DNA of 64,000 bases from an uncultured virus (IMG/VR IMGVR_UViG_3300011888_000003) (IMGVR_UViG_3300011888_000003); one strand, 5' to 3'. Counted from the stretch's first letter, positions 24,601 to 35,206 are shown. A program made the numbers and translations. Notes: a model not told the origin generated them from the sequence alone.

Positions 24601-26462
24601 AGCAAATGAGAAAACAATTGCGATATGGATGAAGAAATTCAATATTCAGAACGTAGGAACTCAAGGCGCCCGAAAAAACAACTTTAATCATGATTACTTC
24701 AAAGAAATTGACACAGAAGAAAAAGCATATTGGTTAGGCTTCATTATGGCTGATGGATGTGTTTATAAAGGTAGTAAAGGAACATCCTACCGTCTTCAAA
24801 TCAATTTGAAATCAACTGACATTGAACACTTAAATAAGTTTCAACAATCAATTGGTTCTTCTTACAAAATTCAAGTCAAGAAAATCAAACAACATGAAGC
24901 GTGTTTACTGAAAGTAAACTCAACTATCATGTGTAAGGATTTAATGAAATGGAATGTAATTCCTTCAAAAAGCTTGATTTGTGAAATGCCGATTCTTAAA
25001 AAAGAATTAAAGAAGCATTTCATACGCGGTTACTTTGATGGAGATGGTTCTCTTGACCTTCATAAAAAGAAGGACCCAAGAGCACGAATTGTAGGTGGAG
25101 AAACGATGCTTCAACAGATAAAAGATTTTCTGGATGAAGAAGGAATGCAATCGAAAGTAGCGGCGCCGACAAAAAACAAATCGACGTACACTTTAGAAAT
25201 TCCTGTTGGAAAAGAATCAATGAAGTTCATGTCATGGTTGTATGAAGATAGCAGTATCTCTCTTGATAGAAAAGTTCAACGATATGAGACATATAATGTC
25301 CCCTTCAGGAGTAATCCTGTCGACAAAATACAGGTGAATTGCGGGGAATCCCTTAGAGCCTTCACTACCAACCATGTTCAGGGATGAATGTGGGGCAAAC
25401 GGTAATGCGTTTGAGATGGTAAAAACGTGAATGGATTGGGTAATCGCGCATGCAAGCCTCTAGAACAGAGGAAGCTTCAACGACTATCCCTTAACTGGAA
25501 GATGGAAGAGTCTTCAATAGGAGTAGGGCCACAGTAGTGGTAGGTGAGAATCCTTTAAACCGAAGTGCCTGTCTCCATTCAGAAGAATGGATGATGATAT
25601 AGTCTAGCCCCTATTAAATACCAGGAAACTGGGGGTATAAACGAAAAGTGGTGCCGCGACTCAAATCATTGTCACAAAATGGGATAGACTGGATGAACGA
25701 CGAAAAGATGAAGATGACATCATGAACGAAGTATTACCTGATTTCGGGCGATTCAAGGTCATCAATCGAGTCGAGATTCCACGAGGCGAATATACATATG
25801 ATATCGCGGTCAAAAAGTTACAAGAACTCGACCGTCTCTATAATCCTTTTGCGATTTATGTCGACAAAGGAGCCGGAGACTATCAATCCGAAGTCTTGCG
25901 AAAGACGATAGGAGATAAGGTCCGAGCGGTTGCTTTCGGAAGCACGGAACTTGTGCGAGACCCGATTAGTCGAAGCGTCGATAAGAAGCCACTCAAAGCC
26001 TTCATGGTCAGCGTGGCGACTCTCTTACTCGACCGTGGACAACTTCGTATTCCATCGAAAGACATTGATGAATTACTAGGTAAACAGATGACGGACTATC
26101 AAATCAAGCGTATCGCACCGAAGACTGGTGAACCGACTTTTTCGAGTGAGAACGAACACGCACTCGATGCCTTCGTCTTAACGTTGTATGCCTTCAATAC
26201 AGAATTTCCAGAACTTGCACGTGCCATGCAAAATAAAGATGTGGCACGGACGTTCACGAGCGTCAAGCGTGAGTTCGTCGACCCACTGAAGTCTGTTTTC
26301 ACAGATGGATTCCGAGATAAGAAGGAATTAGTGGATGATTGGGATGAGCCTACACCAAAACCGTTAAAACGGGTAGGACTTGGTACAAACAAACGAAACA
26401 AGAATGACGATTGGGGAAGTCGGGGAACAAGAGGTTCTTTCAAAGGAAGAACTCATTTTTAA
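21692..26462 (+). CDS. terL: terminase large subunit; exons 21692-23389, 23994-24461 and 25644-26462; about 584 aa after RNA and protein splicing
   Basis: Splicing restores Walker A (CGRRIGK|T), Walker B (WLYMD|EVDY) and the nuclease motif (GVDWD|KSGAATQ); also VASTPTG and EHALDA. Confidence 0.93.
21851..23080 (+). mobile_element. intein (410 aa) with LAGLIDADG-type endonuclease region, in the TerL Walker A motif
   Basis: Starts C-IAGTQRI, block B TGNHPVL, ends TYDVFVPETHNLVVEDILVHN followed by Thr; internal LGYLVAGG and FLGALYDIAG. Confidence 0.93.
23390..23993 (+). mobile_element. group I intron 1 in terL
   Basis: P1 with U.G at the splice site (GGAU|A...UGUCC); core strings AAATCAGGGAA, GCAATCCTGAG, CAACGACTAT and GATATAGTCT; P8 CAACTCTTG/CAAGAGTTG; terminal G. 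Confidence 0.9.
23469..23939 (+). CDS. intron-1-encoded ORF of unknown function
   Basis: GGAGG RBS before the ATG at 23469; frame stays open through the ribozyme core and the L8 insert; no homing-endonuclease motif seen. Confidence 0.45.
   Translation: MHQSDKVYRQNLQHLSEIVGQSIVDMVRSAPLHGNPEECPVPATGWSATTISKESREQAFSKRPTTLVMMKMKMRQSVGNYKRGGQYYFIGEGTSWDDITFYQWKAYELIPVVLTITGESVDSLKAYTDLKYVPQEDFIVYRTIEMMHTAYQELMI
24462..25643 (+). mobile_element. group I intron 2 in terL
   Basis: P1 GGGAU|AU/AUGUCUU with U.G; core strings GAATTGCGGGGAA, TAATCGCGCA, CAACGACTATCCC and GATATAGTCT; terminal G at 25643 restores the frame. Confidence 0.9.
24509..25387 (+). CDS. LAGLIDADG homing endonuclease with N-terminal HTH (intron 2)
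   Basis: AYWLGFIMADG and FIRGYFDGDGS motifs. Confidence 0.9.
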   Translation: MIPLKKYQNEQLLRECYEKHKSMVEVAKELEANEKTIAIWMKKFNIQNVGTQGARKNNFNHDYFKEIDTEEKAYWLGFIMADGCVYKGSKGTSYRLQINLKSTDIEHLNKFQQSIGSSYKIQVKKIKQHEACLLKVNSTIMCKDLMKWNVIPSKSLICEMPILKKELKKHFIRGYFDGDGSLDLHKKKDPRARIVGGETMLQQIKDFLDEEGMQSKVAAPTKNKSTYTLEIPVGKESMKFMSWLYEDSSISLDRKVQRYETYNVPFRSNPVDKIQVNCGESLRAFTTNHVQG

Positions 26463-26578
26463 GGATGTGAAGGGGAAACCCTTTCATCATATATCCCTCC
26501 CTCTCCCTTTTTAGTGTAGCTCCGATGGCCTCCTCCCCTGCCTAGGGGCTACTTTTTCATTATAAAGGAGGAATTACG

Positions 26579-26884
26579 ATGGAGAAAAAAGTAACGCGTC
26601 ACGGGGAACAACGGATACGTGAACGGATTGGTGTATCAAAAAAAGGTGCAGAACGACAATCAGAGCTCGCACTCGAACGAGGCATCTCGCATGGAGAAAT
26701 GAAAGGACGATTACATAAATGGGTGACAAGTGTCGCGATGAACGAAGCGAAAACGCGTGGAAAATATCATATCTACAATAACAAGTTGTTCATCTATAAA
26801 AGTAATGTCCTGATTACAGTCATTCCCGTTCCTTCAAATCTACACAAAGCAGTAGCGGAACAAACGAAAAAGAAGAAGGTTTGA
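26579..26884 (+). CDS. small basic hypothetical protein
   Basis: VTRHGEQRIRERIG N-terminus; AAGGAGG RBS. Confidence 0.75.
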   Translation: MEKKVTRHGEQRIRERIGVSKKGAERQSELALERGISHGEMKGRLHKWVTSVAMNEAKTRGKYHIYNNKLFIYKSNVLITVIPVPSNLHKAVAEQTKKKKV

Positions 26885-26888
26885 TGAT

Positions 26889-28202
26889 ATGGCAGAGATG
26901 TACGATGAATTGAATCAAAATCCAGGGATTGATACGGAACAAGAACGCGCCCGCATCAACTATAAACCGATTGAACAATTAACGGAAAAAGAACGAAAAG
27001 TCATCATTGAGACGAAAACGACGCCAGATGAGTCAGAAATCATCATTCGGGACGATTATCCGATTAGTGACCTCTCTGACCAGCTCGATGAACTCTATGA
27101 GAACATTCAAGAGCTAAAAACCATCATCGAGGCACAAATCCGCGACATCAAGATTGATTTGACGAAGGAATACCCTGAAGCAGTCACCGTCGCAACACTT
27201 CTTGGCATCAAACCACCAATCCTGACAGCTGATGTCTACAAAGGATTGTTACTTCAAGAACAAAGCCCAGAGGCAGAGTATTTGATGGATATCTGGGAAA
27301 GCGAAGCAGAAGACGTCGGCGGGACACTTGCGATGGAATACTATGAAGACGTCCTTGAGATTGAGAAGGATTTCAATCTGAGCTTAGAGTTCATCAACGA
27401 GACCATCTTCCATGATACGAATATCGACTATGAGGTCGGTGTGAGTCAAAGCAAAGTGTTGAGTGAGGCCGAACGTGTCTTGTATGAAGAACGCAAAAAG
27501 CTAAAAGAACAAGAAGAGAAACTTGAAGAAGAGATACGAACGGCGACTATCTACCGAGACCCGAAGCGTTTAGCTGAATTAAAGGATGATTCGCGTAAGC
27601 TAAAGCAGTTATTGACGGCACTCGAACTTCAAGAAACGATTGAAGAAGAAGGATATGAGACGATATCGGGCAAAATGGGCTATCAGTATATGAACATTCG
27701 GACAATGAAGCGAAATCTATCCAAAGAACTCTATGCTGAAGGTACATATTTGAAGAAAATGTTCCCTTATCACGAAAATGAGCAAGAATTGAAGGATTCG
27801 ATGCAAAAAGCTAAAGGATTGCTAAAAGTATCGGTTGATAAGCAAAACACCGACAAGCAAAAGAAAAAAGAAGTGATTCGTCAGCATTTGTCCATTGATA
27901 AGCGAAAACGTGTCCAAAACAACGTCCTCGACCACATCGACATGACGAAATCCTGGTCTTCGCAATGGAAGCAATTACTCTTAGAACAGGATGAAGCAGA
28001 CGAAGAACAAGAGATGTTCTTTGAATCCTTGGCTGTTGGCATGAAAGAGACGTTTGATAAACGTTACCAGATGATGCAAGAGTATTATACGGTCAGTCTT
28101 GAAGAGGGCTTGAACCGCAATGATAAAATCAAGGGCGTTTTCCAAAAGGAAAAGGCACGAGAAGGATACAAACAAGTCAAAAACCTGATTGATAACTTAT
28201 GA
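26889..28202 (+). CDS. acidic coiled-coil protein
   Basis: 437-aa E/K/L-rich ORF. Confidence 0.75.
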   Translation: MAEMYDELNQNPGIDTEQERARINYKPIEQLTEKERKVIIETKTTPDESEIIIRDDYPISDLSDQLDELYENIQELKTIIEAQIRDIKIDLTKEYPEAVTVATLLGIKPPILTADVYKGLLLQEQSPEAEYLMDIWESEAEDVGGTLAMEYYEDVLEIEKDFNLSLEFINETIFHDTNIDYEVGVSQSKVLSEAERVLYEERKKLKEQEEKLEEEIRTATIYRDPKRLAELKDDSRKLKQLLTALELQETIEEEGYETISGKMGYQYMNIRTMKRNLSKELYAEGTYLKKMFPYHENEQELKDSMQKAKGLLKVSVDKQNTDKQKKKEVIRQHLSIDKRKRVQNNVLDHIDMTKSWSSQWKQLLLEQDEADEEQEMFFESLAVGMKETFDKRYQMMQEYYTVSLEEGLNRNDKIKGVFQKEKAREGYKQVKNLIDNL

Positions 28203-28232
28203 CCTATCACATTATGAAAAGAGGAACTACAT

Positions 28233-29123
28233 ATGAAGAAGAAAGCACTTGAGAAAGCAGTTAGCGCATTCAAAACAACGCTCAGTTTGACAGAGGAAAA
28301 AACACGTTCGCTCGAACACTTCTATCGTATTCGTAATGAAAACAAAATCAAAGGTAAGAAAGTTCATACATATGTCTTCGATGCACCTGTCTTCAAAGAG
28401 CAAGGGTTGATTCTCGTCCCTATTAATGACTTACATGCAGGGCATAAAGAATGCAATATCGAGCTTTTTGATGAATACATCAATTATATCCTGGAAACAC
28501 CGAACGCTGTCACTATCTTGAATGGTGATTTGGCAGAAACAGCGACAAAAGTATCCGTTGGGAAAGGAATGTTTGAAGAAAGCTTTAGTTTTCCCGAACA
28601 AATGAAGTTTTTAGAAGAAAAGCTAAAACCACTCGCGGAAGCAGGTAAAATCCTTGGATGTGGACCAGGGAACCATGAAGAACGGATTGCTAATATGATT
28701 GGCATCAATCCAATGGAGATGCTTGCTGAAAAGTTAGAAGTTCCATATTTCGGGTATCAAGGGTTCTTCCGTCTGACAGTTGGCAAACAAATGTATAAAA
28801 TCATGGCATTCCATGGAGCAGGTGGCGGAGCAACGACAGGTTCTAAAGCCAATAGTGCTGAGAAGATGAATAAAGTCTTAGCAAATGCCGACCTTTATAT
28901 CTCTGGGCACACGCATGGTCGCCAATCTCATACAGACCTTATCTTCACGATGGATGATGCGACTGATATGCTTCTCCCACATAAGCGGACCTATGTCGTC
29001 GGCGGAAGCTTCATCGAATACTGGGGAAGCTATCCAGAAATGAAAGGACTCTCTCCTGCACTCACTGGTCTTGTTCGTTGTGAACTACGAGCAGATTGTA
29101 AGGATATTCGAGTCGATATTTAA
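28233..29123 (+). CDS. calcineurin-like metallophosphoesterase
   Basis: DLH, NGD, GNHE, FHG and GHTH motifs in order. Confidence 0.85.
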   Translation: MKKKALEKAVSAFKTTLSLTEEKTRSLEHFYRIRNENKIKGKKVHTYVFDAPVFKEQGLILVPINDLHAGHKECNIELFDEYINYILETPNAVTILNGDLAETATKVSVGKGMFEESFSFPEQMKFLEEKLKPLAEAGKILGCGPGNHEERIANMIGINPMEMLAEKLEVPYFGYQGFFRLTVGKQMYKIMAFHGAGGGATTGSKANSAEKMNKVLANADLYISGHTHGRQSHTDLIFTMDDATDMLLPHKRTYVVGGSFIEYWGSYPEMKGLSPALTGLVRCELRADCKDIRVDI

Positions 29124-29142
29124 AGAATAGGAGTAGTCGTAG

Positions 29143-31236
29143 ATGAATCCAATAAACATGTTTAAAATGAAAAATCTACTTCCTAAACGTCAAAAGGTAG
29201 AAGAGGCTGGCGCGGCGCGAGACCCGAAAAAAACGGGTATCAAGGCGGTCAGTCTTCCACTGACGTCAGGAGGTTCAGGGGCAGGCTTTGAAGAAAGCCC
29301 GATTGACCTAGAGCAGGTGTCCCGTGCCTATCATTCTGATTCCTATATCCGTCGTGCAGTCGACCGTGTTAGCGCGGGCATGTTCAAATCAGGGTGGGAA
29401 CTAAAATCAGGGAACGATGCCGCGACAGAATATGTCTGGATGCGACTTAAACTGATGGCAGAAGCAACGGAAATCCCGACAGACGAATTATTGCGTCAAA
29501 TCGGTCGAGATTACATCCTTTTCGGTAATGCTTACGTCTTAAAGGTGCGAGCGAAGAAATCCGTACAGGTACCAGGCGTACAAGCCATCGGGTATACGAA
29601 TAAACAGCCGATTGCCGGTTATTTCCCTTTACCACCGACTACCGTCACCATCTCTCGGGATGAGAACGGGAACGTCGATGCATATCAACAGTCTGCTGGT
29701 GGTGGGTCCGGTGTCGAATATGCGAAAACAGAAGTCGTACATATCCCATATCAAAAACCAACAGGTCGTGCTTACGGCGTACCTTATATCCATAACGTCT
29801 TGCAAGACGTTCTCTTACTTCGTCAAATCGAAGATAATGTCTATCGTTTGATTTACAAACATTTGTTCCCAAAACAAGTATTAACGGTTGGTCTTCCAAA
29901 GGATACCTTTGAAGCAACGGAAGAAGAGATTGAAACGGCGCGTGAAGAGATGCGACTCATGTCAACGGATTCGATTCTCGTCGTACCGGAACGTTATAAG
30001 TTAGAAGCAGTCGGAGGAGACTCTTCTGTACTCGATGTATCGAACTATCTGAAGTATTTCCGTCAACGGGTTTTTACAGGGCTTGCGGTCAGTGATTCTG
30101 TCATGGGTGTCGGGGATACCGCCAATAAATCAACATCAGACAACATGTCTTCTGATTTGAATGATGTTGTCAAAGACTTTCAAGAGAATTTTGCGATTAT
30201 CGTCCAACAAAAAATCATCAATGAATTGTTATTCGAGGGTGGATTTGACCCGACACTCAATCCTGAAGATGAAGTCATCTTTAGTTTCACGGAAATCGAA
30301 CAATCAGCGAAGATTGCACGGGAAAACCATGCGATTCAGTTGTTTACACAAAATGCCATCACGTTTGAAGAAATGCGTATGGAGATGAACCGTGACATCA
30401 CAGTCGATGAAGGACGCCTCTTCTTCCAGATGATTACGGCGACACAAGCACAGCAAAATGTAGATTCAGAAACACAGGCGGCGATGAACCAGACAGACAA
30501 TCAGAATCAGCCAGAGAATCAAAATGGGAAACAATCTTCTCCGAATACGAAGAAACGGGAAAACGGCAAAAAATCAGGAATTTCCGAGTCTTTGGAAAAA
30601 GTTGAAGAAAGTAGCTTGACGAAGAAACCACAAGTGGTTAACTTAACGAGTGAGTTAGGTGTTGACCAATTAGAAAAGTCGTTGTCGAAACACTGGGAGT
30701 CGTTACGAAGCGACTTGACTTCAGAAGACGTCACTGAAAAACAAATCGTCTTTGGAACGAAGATGCTCACAGAAAGTATCGAACCTCGGGCAATCCGACT
30801 TGTCAAAGAAGCAATGGAAAAAGGAAGAAGTCAATCTACGAATGTCGAGAGACACAGTGCGATGGCAGTAGAAGCAGATGCATACATAGTTAAACGCATG
30901 AAACAAGCAAATGCACGACTGTTCAAGAATCTAGAGGAACGACTCCGGTCGTCGGAAACCAAGGAAGAGCGTTCTCGAATCTTTACTTCATTCCAGTATC
31001 GTATTGCATTGATTAGCAAATCGGAATTGTTCACGGCTTATAACATTGGTCTTTGTCTAGCCGCAAGAGAATCAGGTCTTACATCAGTCACGTGGAAAGC
31101 AAATGAAACAGCTTGCGCGCTATGCAAGGATACGAAACAGATTTCCCTGACCGAAAAGGATTGGATGAACCTTGTACCACCACACCATCCTGGTTGTGAG
31201 TGCACAATCGAATCAGAAGTAGGAGGTCAACTATGA
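29143..31236 (+). CDS. portal protein with C-terminal Mu gpF-like head-morphogenesis domain
   Basis: DYILFGNAYV, EVVHI...YGVPYI and position after terL; C-terminal W...CALC...PPHHPGCEC. Confidence 0.85.
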   Translation: MNPINMFKMKNLLPKRQKVEEAGAARDPKKTGIKAVSLPLTSGGSGAGFEESPIDLEQVSRAYHSDSYIRRAVDRVSAGMFKSGWELKSGNDAATEYVWMRLKLMAEATEIPTDELLRQIGRDYILFGNAYVLKVRAKKSVQVPGVQAIGYTNKQPIAGYFPLPPTTVTISRDENGNVDAYQQSAGGGSGVEYAKTEVVHIPYQKPTGRAYGVPYIHNVLQDVLLLRQIEDNVYRLIYKHLFPKQVLTVGLPKDTFEATEEEIETAREEMRLMSTDSILVVPERYKLEAVGGDSSVLDVSNYLKYFRQRVFTGLAVSDSVMGVGDTANKSTSDNMSSDLNDVVKDFQENFAIIVQQKIINELLFEGGFDPTLNPEDEVIFSFTEIEQSAKIARENHAIQLFTQNAITFEEMRMEMNRDITVDEGRLFFQMITATQAQQNVDSETQAAMNQTDNQNQPENQNGKQSSPNTKKRENGKKSGISESLEKVEESSLTKKPQVVNLTSELGVDQLEKSLSKHWESLRSDLTSEDVTEKQIVFGTKMLTESIEPRAIRLVKEAMEKGRSQSTNVERHSAMAVEADAYIVKRMKQANARLFKNLEERLRSSETKEERSRIFTSFQYRIALISKSELFTAYNIGLCLAARESGLTSVTWKANETACALCKDTKQISLTEKDWMNLVPPHHPGCECTIESEVGGQL

Positions 31237-32645
31237 ATATCTTGAAGTTTAACGGGCTCGATATCGACCCGTCGAAGATTCATGAGTCGACACAAGTCTC
31301 CTTGTCTTTTGAAAAGCCACAAATCCAAATGAAAGAAGCGTTCGGTGACGAGCGTTTCCTTCTTCCTCGGATTGAAGCGATTCATGCAGGGGCAACACGC
31401 AACGATACCGTCTACCTTCGGGAAAAATTACGGGGCGATGCGGAAATCAAATCAGGCGTGTACTCATGGTTACACCCATATGCAAAACCTATCATCTACA
31501 ACCATGACGTGAATACGAAAGCAACAGGTCGCGTGCATACGGCGGCATTTGCTGAGTATACACAAGCAGGACGTCCAGGTATTATCGTGGTACCGAAAAT
31601 CACTGACCCTGAAGCCATCGATGGCATCCTAGGGGAACGATTACTGACGGTATCGATTGGGGCAGAGACGGATTCCGTCATCTGTTCAGAATGTGGTACG
31701 GACATCGTAAACGAAGGGTTCTGTGGACATATGAAGGGTGAGAACTATAGCGGACGGCCAGTCCAATGGATTGCCGGAAACCTTTGGTTCGATGAACTCT
31801 CGTGGGTGAACGTCCCAGCAGATAGCGATGCGATGATTGTCGATTCACAAAGCAGTGTCATGATGGCACACAGCACAGAATCTAAAGGCATCATCACATT
31901 AGGCAAAAAACAAATGACAAAAGAATCATTGGTGGGCATCGAGAAACATTCAGAAGATGACATCATTCTCATGGAAGGAGAACTTGCAATGACGGAAGAA
32001 CAAATCAAGGCATTACAAGAAGAGCTCGAAGCACTCAAAGCTGAGCAAGCAACAGTCAAAGAAGAACTCGAAACAGTGAAAACAGAATTAGAGACTTCAA
32101 AAGAATTGGCAGAAACGTTAAAAAATGAAAAAGATGCGTTGACAGAAGCTAATGAAAAGGTTTTGGTAGAAAAGGAAGAGTTAGTTAACTCTACTACTGA
32201 ACTCCAGGCAAAACTCGACGAGTCGACACAAGCTATCTCGGAGAAAGAGGAAGCTCTTACGGCTCTTGAAGAAGAGAAGACTTCTCTTACAGCGGAACTT
32301 CAAGAAGCAAAAGATTCTATCTCTCAACTTGAGACAGTCACTGAATCGCTTTCATCTGAACTGTCAGAATCACAAAAAGACCATTTCGCGACATTACGTC
32401 TTGCGATTGGTAAAGAAAGTACATATGAAGAAGCATTGAAGAAGACAGAAACACGGGAATCAGCTTCGATTAAAGACGCTATCTCGGACATGAAAGAAGA
32501 CCTTGCAAAAGGTGATGTTCAGTCATTGGGTCAACTTCGTCAATCAGTAAAACCTGGAGTACAAGAACAAAAACAAATCAAAGAAGAGACACTTACAGCA
32601 GAACAAGCACTTAAAGGTTTGTTCGGCGGAAGTATTTCTAAGTAA
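31233..32645 (+). CDS. prohead protease / scaffold
   Basis: YNHD, TVSIG, CSECG...CGH and ELSWVNVPAD, then a long coiled coil; AGGAGG RBS. Confidence 0.8.
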   Translation: MNILKFNGLDIDPSKIHESTQVSLSFEKPQIQMKEAFGDERFLLPRIEAIHAGATRNDTVYLREKLRGDAEIKSGVYSWLHPYAKPIIYNHDVNTKATGRVHTAAFAEYTQAGRPGIIVVPKITDPEAIDGILGERLLTVSIGAETDSVICSECGTDIVNEGFCGHMKGENYSGRPVQWIAGNLWFDELSWVNVPADSDAMIVDSQSSVMMAHSTESKGIITLGKKQMTKESLVGIEKHSEDDIILMEGELAMTEEQIKALQEELEALKAEQATVKEELETVKTELETSKELAETLKNEKDALTEANEKVLVEKEELVNSTTELQAKLDESTQAISEKEEALTALEEEKTSLTAELQEAKDSISQLETVTESLSSELSESQKDHFATLRLAIGKESTYEEALKKTETRESASIKDAISDMKEDLAKGDVQSLGQLRQSVKPGVQEQKQIKEETLTAEQALKGLFGGSISK

Positions 32646-32662
32646 TCTGAGGAGGATATAAA

Positions 32663-33910
32663 ATGGGTCTTTTTCCAAACGTAAATGATTCATATCAGTT
32701 CGGCGGTAAAACGCATACTGGACTGGTCGTTTCAGAAGGTAACGCACCTGCTGAACAATTCAAAGTAGCGAAAGACAACAACGTTCGTAAACACCAAGAT
32801 GGTTCGGTCATCGCACCTGAGTTTACATATGTGTTCGGTCCAGAAGGTAACCAAACAGTTCTTATCGCAAAAGGTAAAATCGTAGAAGCAGTCGCAACTG
32901 AACTTGACCGTGAGTCAGGTCACAAACATACAGCTATCCGTGTTGCAGATGAGAACTCTACTAAAGTAATCGGTGTCAACCATCACAACGTCTATGAGCA
33001 ACGTCGTGACAAAATGGAAGGCAACCTTCCAACAGTCATCCGTCGTGCTTACATCGAAGTTCCACTCTTCGAGCACGCTGTTCCTGCAACAGCTGAAGCT
33101 TTTGCTAAAGCAATGCACTTTGGTGCGGCTTATGGTCTTAAAGACGGTCTTCAACCTGGTGACCGCGTCAAAGTTGGTAAGAACGGTAACTTCGTCAAGG
33201 CAGTTCTTGATGGCGATACTCCAGACTCACCATTCGCTATCGTTGGTCAAGTTCTTGCAGTAGAACGCGAATTGCCACCAGCTGGATTCCTCCAGTACTT
33301 CCTCGACCTCCGCAACCCAGAGCTCGAAGAAATGATTAAAGCAATGTCTCACGCACCACGCCCAGCAAACGGTGAATACCCAATGGGTTACCCGTACACA
33401 GCTAAAGGTTGGAAACCAGAATTCGAGAAAAACCTCGTTGAAGGTTCACTCCTTGGTTCTGATAAAGGGATTCCTTTCCTCACTGACGGATTCTTCCGTG
33501 CGAAGAAAGTTCTCACTGGCGTAGACATCAAAGACATCTATGATGCAACAGCTAACAACGATGGTACAGTCGAAGCGGTTCGTCCTTCTGGCGACGTTGA
33601 GTTCGACAAAGCTACTGGTAAAGTCACAGTCGGTGCAAAAGGTGGAGCACTTTTCATCAAACTCCGTCACGCTATCGACAAAACAGAAGCAAACGCTGTC
33701 GTCGTTAAAATCGATGGTGAAGCGGTTAGTGCAAAAGACGTTCACGTCGACATCCAAAACAACACAGTTGTTGTCTATCTTGATGATGCAGTCACAGCTA
33801 CAGCTGTCACAATGGACATCAAAGCTATCGTAGACCCAGTCGCTGGTATCCCAACATCTTGGGACCATGCAGGTTCGGTCGGTGCAGTTCGTATTCAACT
33901 TCTCGGTTAA
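32663..33910 (+). CDS. head structural / decoration protein
   Basis: Lies between protease and capsid genes; strongly biased codon usage. Confidence 0.6.
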   Translation: MGLFPNVNDSYQFGGKTHTGLVVSEGNAPAEQFKVAKDNNVRKHQDGSVIAPEFTYVFGPEGNQTVLIAKGKIVEAVATELDRESGHKHTAIRVADENSTKVIGVNHHNVYEQRRDKMEGNLPTVIRRAYIEVPLFEHAVPATAEAFAKAMHFGAAYGLKDGLQPGDRVKVGKNGNFVKAVLDGDTPDSPFAIVGQVLAVERELPPAGFLQYFLDLRNPELEEMIKAMSHAPRPANGEYPMGYPYTAKGWKPEFEKNLVEGSLLGSDKGIPFLTDGFFRAKKVLTGVDIKDIYDATANNDGTVEAVRPSGDVEFDKATGKVTVGAKGGALFIKLRHAIDKTEANAVVVKIDGEAVSAKDVHVDIQNNTVVVYLDDAVTATAVTMDIKAIVDPVAGIPTSWDHAGSVGAVRIQLLG

Positions 33911-33916
33911 TCAAGT

Positions 33917-33943
33917 GCGGGGAGGCAACTCCCCTTGCTTTTA
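33917..33943 (+). terminator. intrinsic terminator
   Basis: GCGGGGAG-GCAA-CTCCCCTTGC-TTTT. Confidence 0.6.
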
Positions 33944-34019
33944 ATGTAAGACATCTATAACACATATCTAGTACTTACTTAAGAAAATCGCAACAGTATA
34001 TATTAGGAGGACCTACATA

Positions 34020-35138
34020 ATGGAAGATAAACAACTTAAACTTGTCGAAAATTACTCAAATATGATGAAATTCGGTAAGACAAAAGAAAACCGTGTATCG
34101 GTACACGAAGCATTAACAACAGCAGATGCAAACATCTTGCTCCCGAAAGTTATCTCGACAGTCATCCTTGAAGCGGCAGAGCCACTTTACTTGGCTTCAC
34201 AATTCTTCAAAGAAGTTCAACTCTCTGAAGGTCGTTCAATGGAGTTCATCCACTTCGGCGCTATCCGTGCATTCAAAATCGCGGAAGGTCAAGAGTATCC
34301 AAATCAATCGCTCGACTTCACTCGTGAAGGCGCTGGCTCGGTTGACGTCCGTATCCACAAATACGGTTTGAAAGTCCAAATCACAGACGAAATGATTTCT
34401 GACTCTCAATGGGACGTCATCGGTCTTCACCTCCAAGCGGCTGGTCGCGCAATGGCTCGTTTGAAAGAAGAAAACATCTTCCGTGAGTTCTCTACACACG
34501 GTCACGTCGTCTTCGATGCAAAAGAATACGCTCCTGGCGATGAAGGGTATCCAAAAGGTCGCGGTTTCGACGGCGAACTCAACGGTACACTCACTGCTGA
34601 CGACTTAATCGACATGGCAGTATCAATCATGTCTGCTGGTTTCACACCAACTGACATCATCATGCACCCACTTTGCTGGGCACTCTTCGCGAAGAACGAA
34701 GCACTTCAAGGTTCTTCAGTCGCGGCATTTGGTCAAGGTCAAGATGGACGTGACCCAAGTGCATTCGGTACTTCGAACGCACTTGGACTCAACATCATCT
34801 TCTCTCCATATGCACCATTTAACCATGCAGAGAAAACATTCGACTTCTACATCGTCGACCGTAACAACGTTGGTGTCATTCTTACGAAAGAACCAATCTC
34901 AACTGAGCAGTTCGATGACCCACTCCGTGACATCCAAACGCTTAAAGTCAAAGAACGTTATGGTGTTGGTATCTTAAACGGTGGTCTTGGTATCGCGGTT
35001 GCCCGCAACGTACGATTCCTCAAAACATGGCCTGCTCCAGACCGTTCGTTCGAGGACATGAAGCTTCCTAGCGACATGCAACCAAAACTCGCTGACGGTT
35101 CTGCTAACCCAGCAGTCAAGAAACACGACGAAATCTAA
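34020..35138 (+). CDS. major capsid protein (HK97-like)
   Basis: LLPKVIS, IAEGQEYP, KYGLKVQITDEMISDS, IIMHP and ERYGVG pattern; position in cluster. Confidence 0.88.
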   Translation: MEDKQLKLVENYSNMMKFGKTKENRVSVHEALTTADANILLPKVISTVILEAAEPLYLASQFFKEVQLSEGRSMEFIHFGAIRAFKIAEGQEYPNQSLDFTREGAGSVDVRIHKYGLKVQITDEMISDSQWDVIGLHLQAAGRAMARLKEENIFREFSTHGHVVFDAKEYAPGDEGYPKGRGFDGELNGTLTADDLIDMAVSIMSAGFTPTDIIMHPLCWALFAKNEALQGSSVAAFGQGQDGRDPSAFGTSNALGLNIIFSPYAPFNHAEKTFDFYIVDRNNVGVILTKEPISTEQFDDPLRDIQTLKVKERYGVGILNGGLGIAVARNVRFLKTWPAPDRSFEDMKLPSDMQPKLADGSANPAVKKHDEI

Positions 35139-35206
35139 TAGCTAAACCCCTATAGGGACCCTTCTTATCGGGGTCCCTTATTTTCATATCCAGGAGGAAA
35201 CTAATC

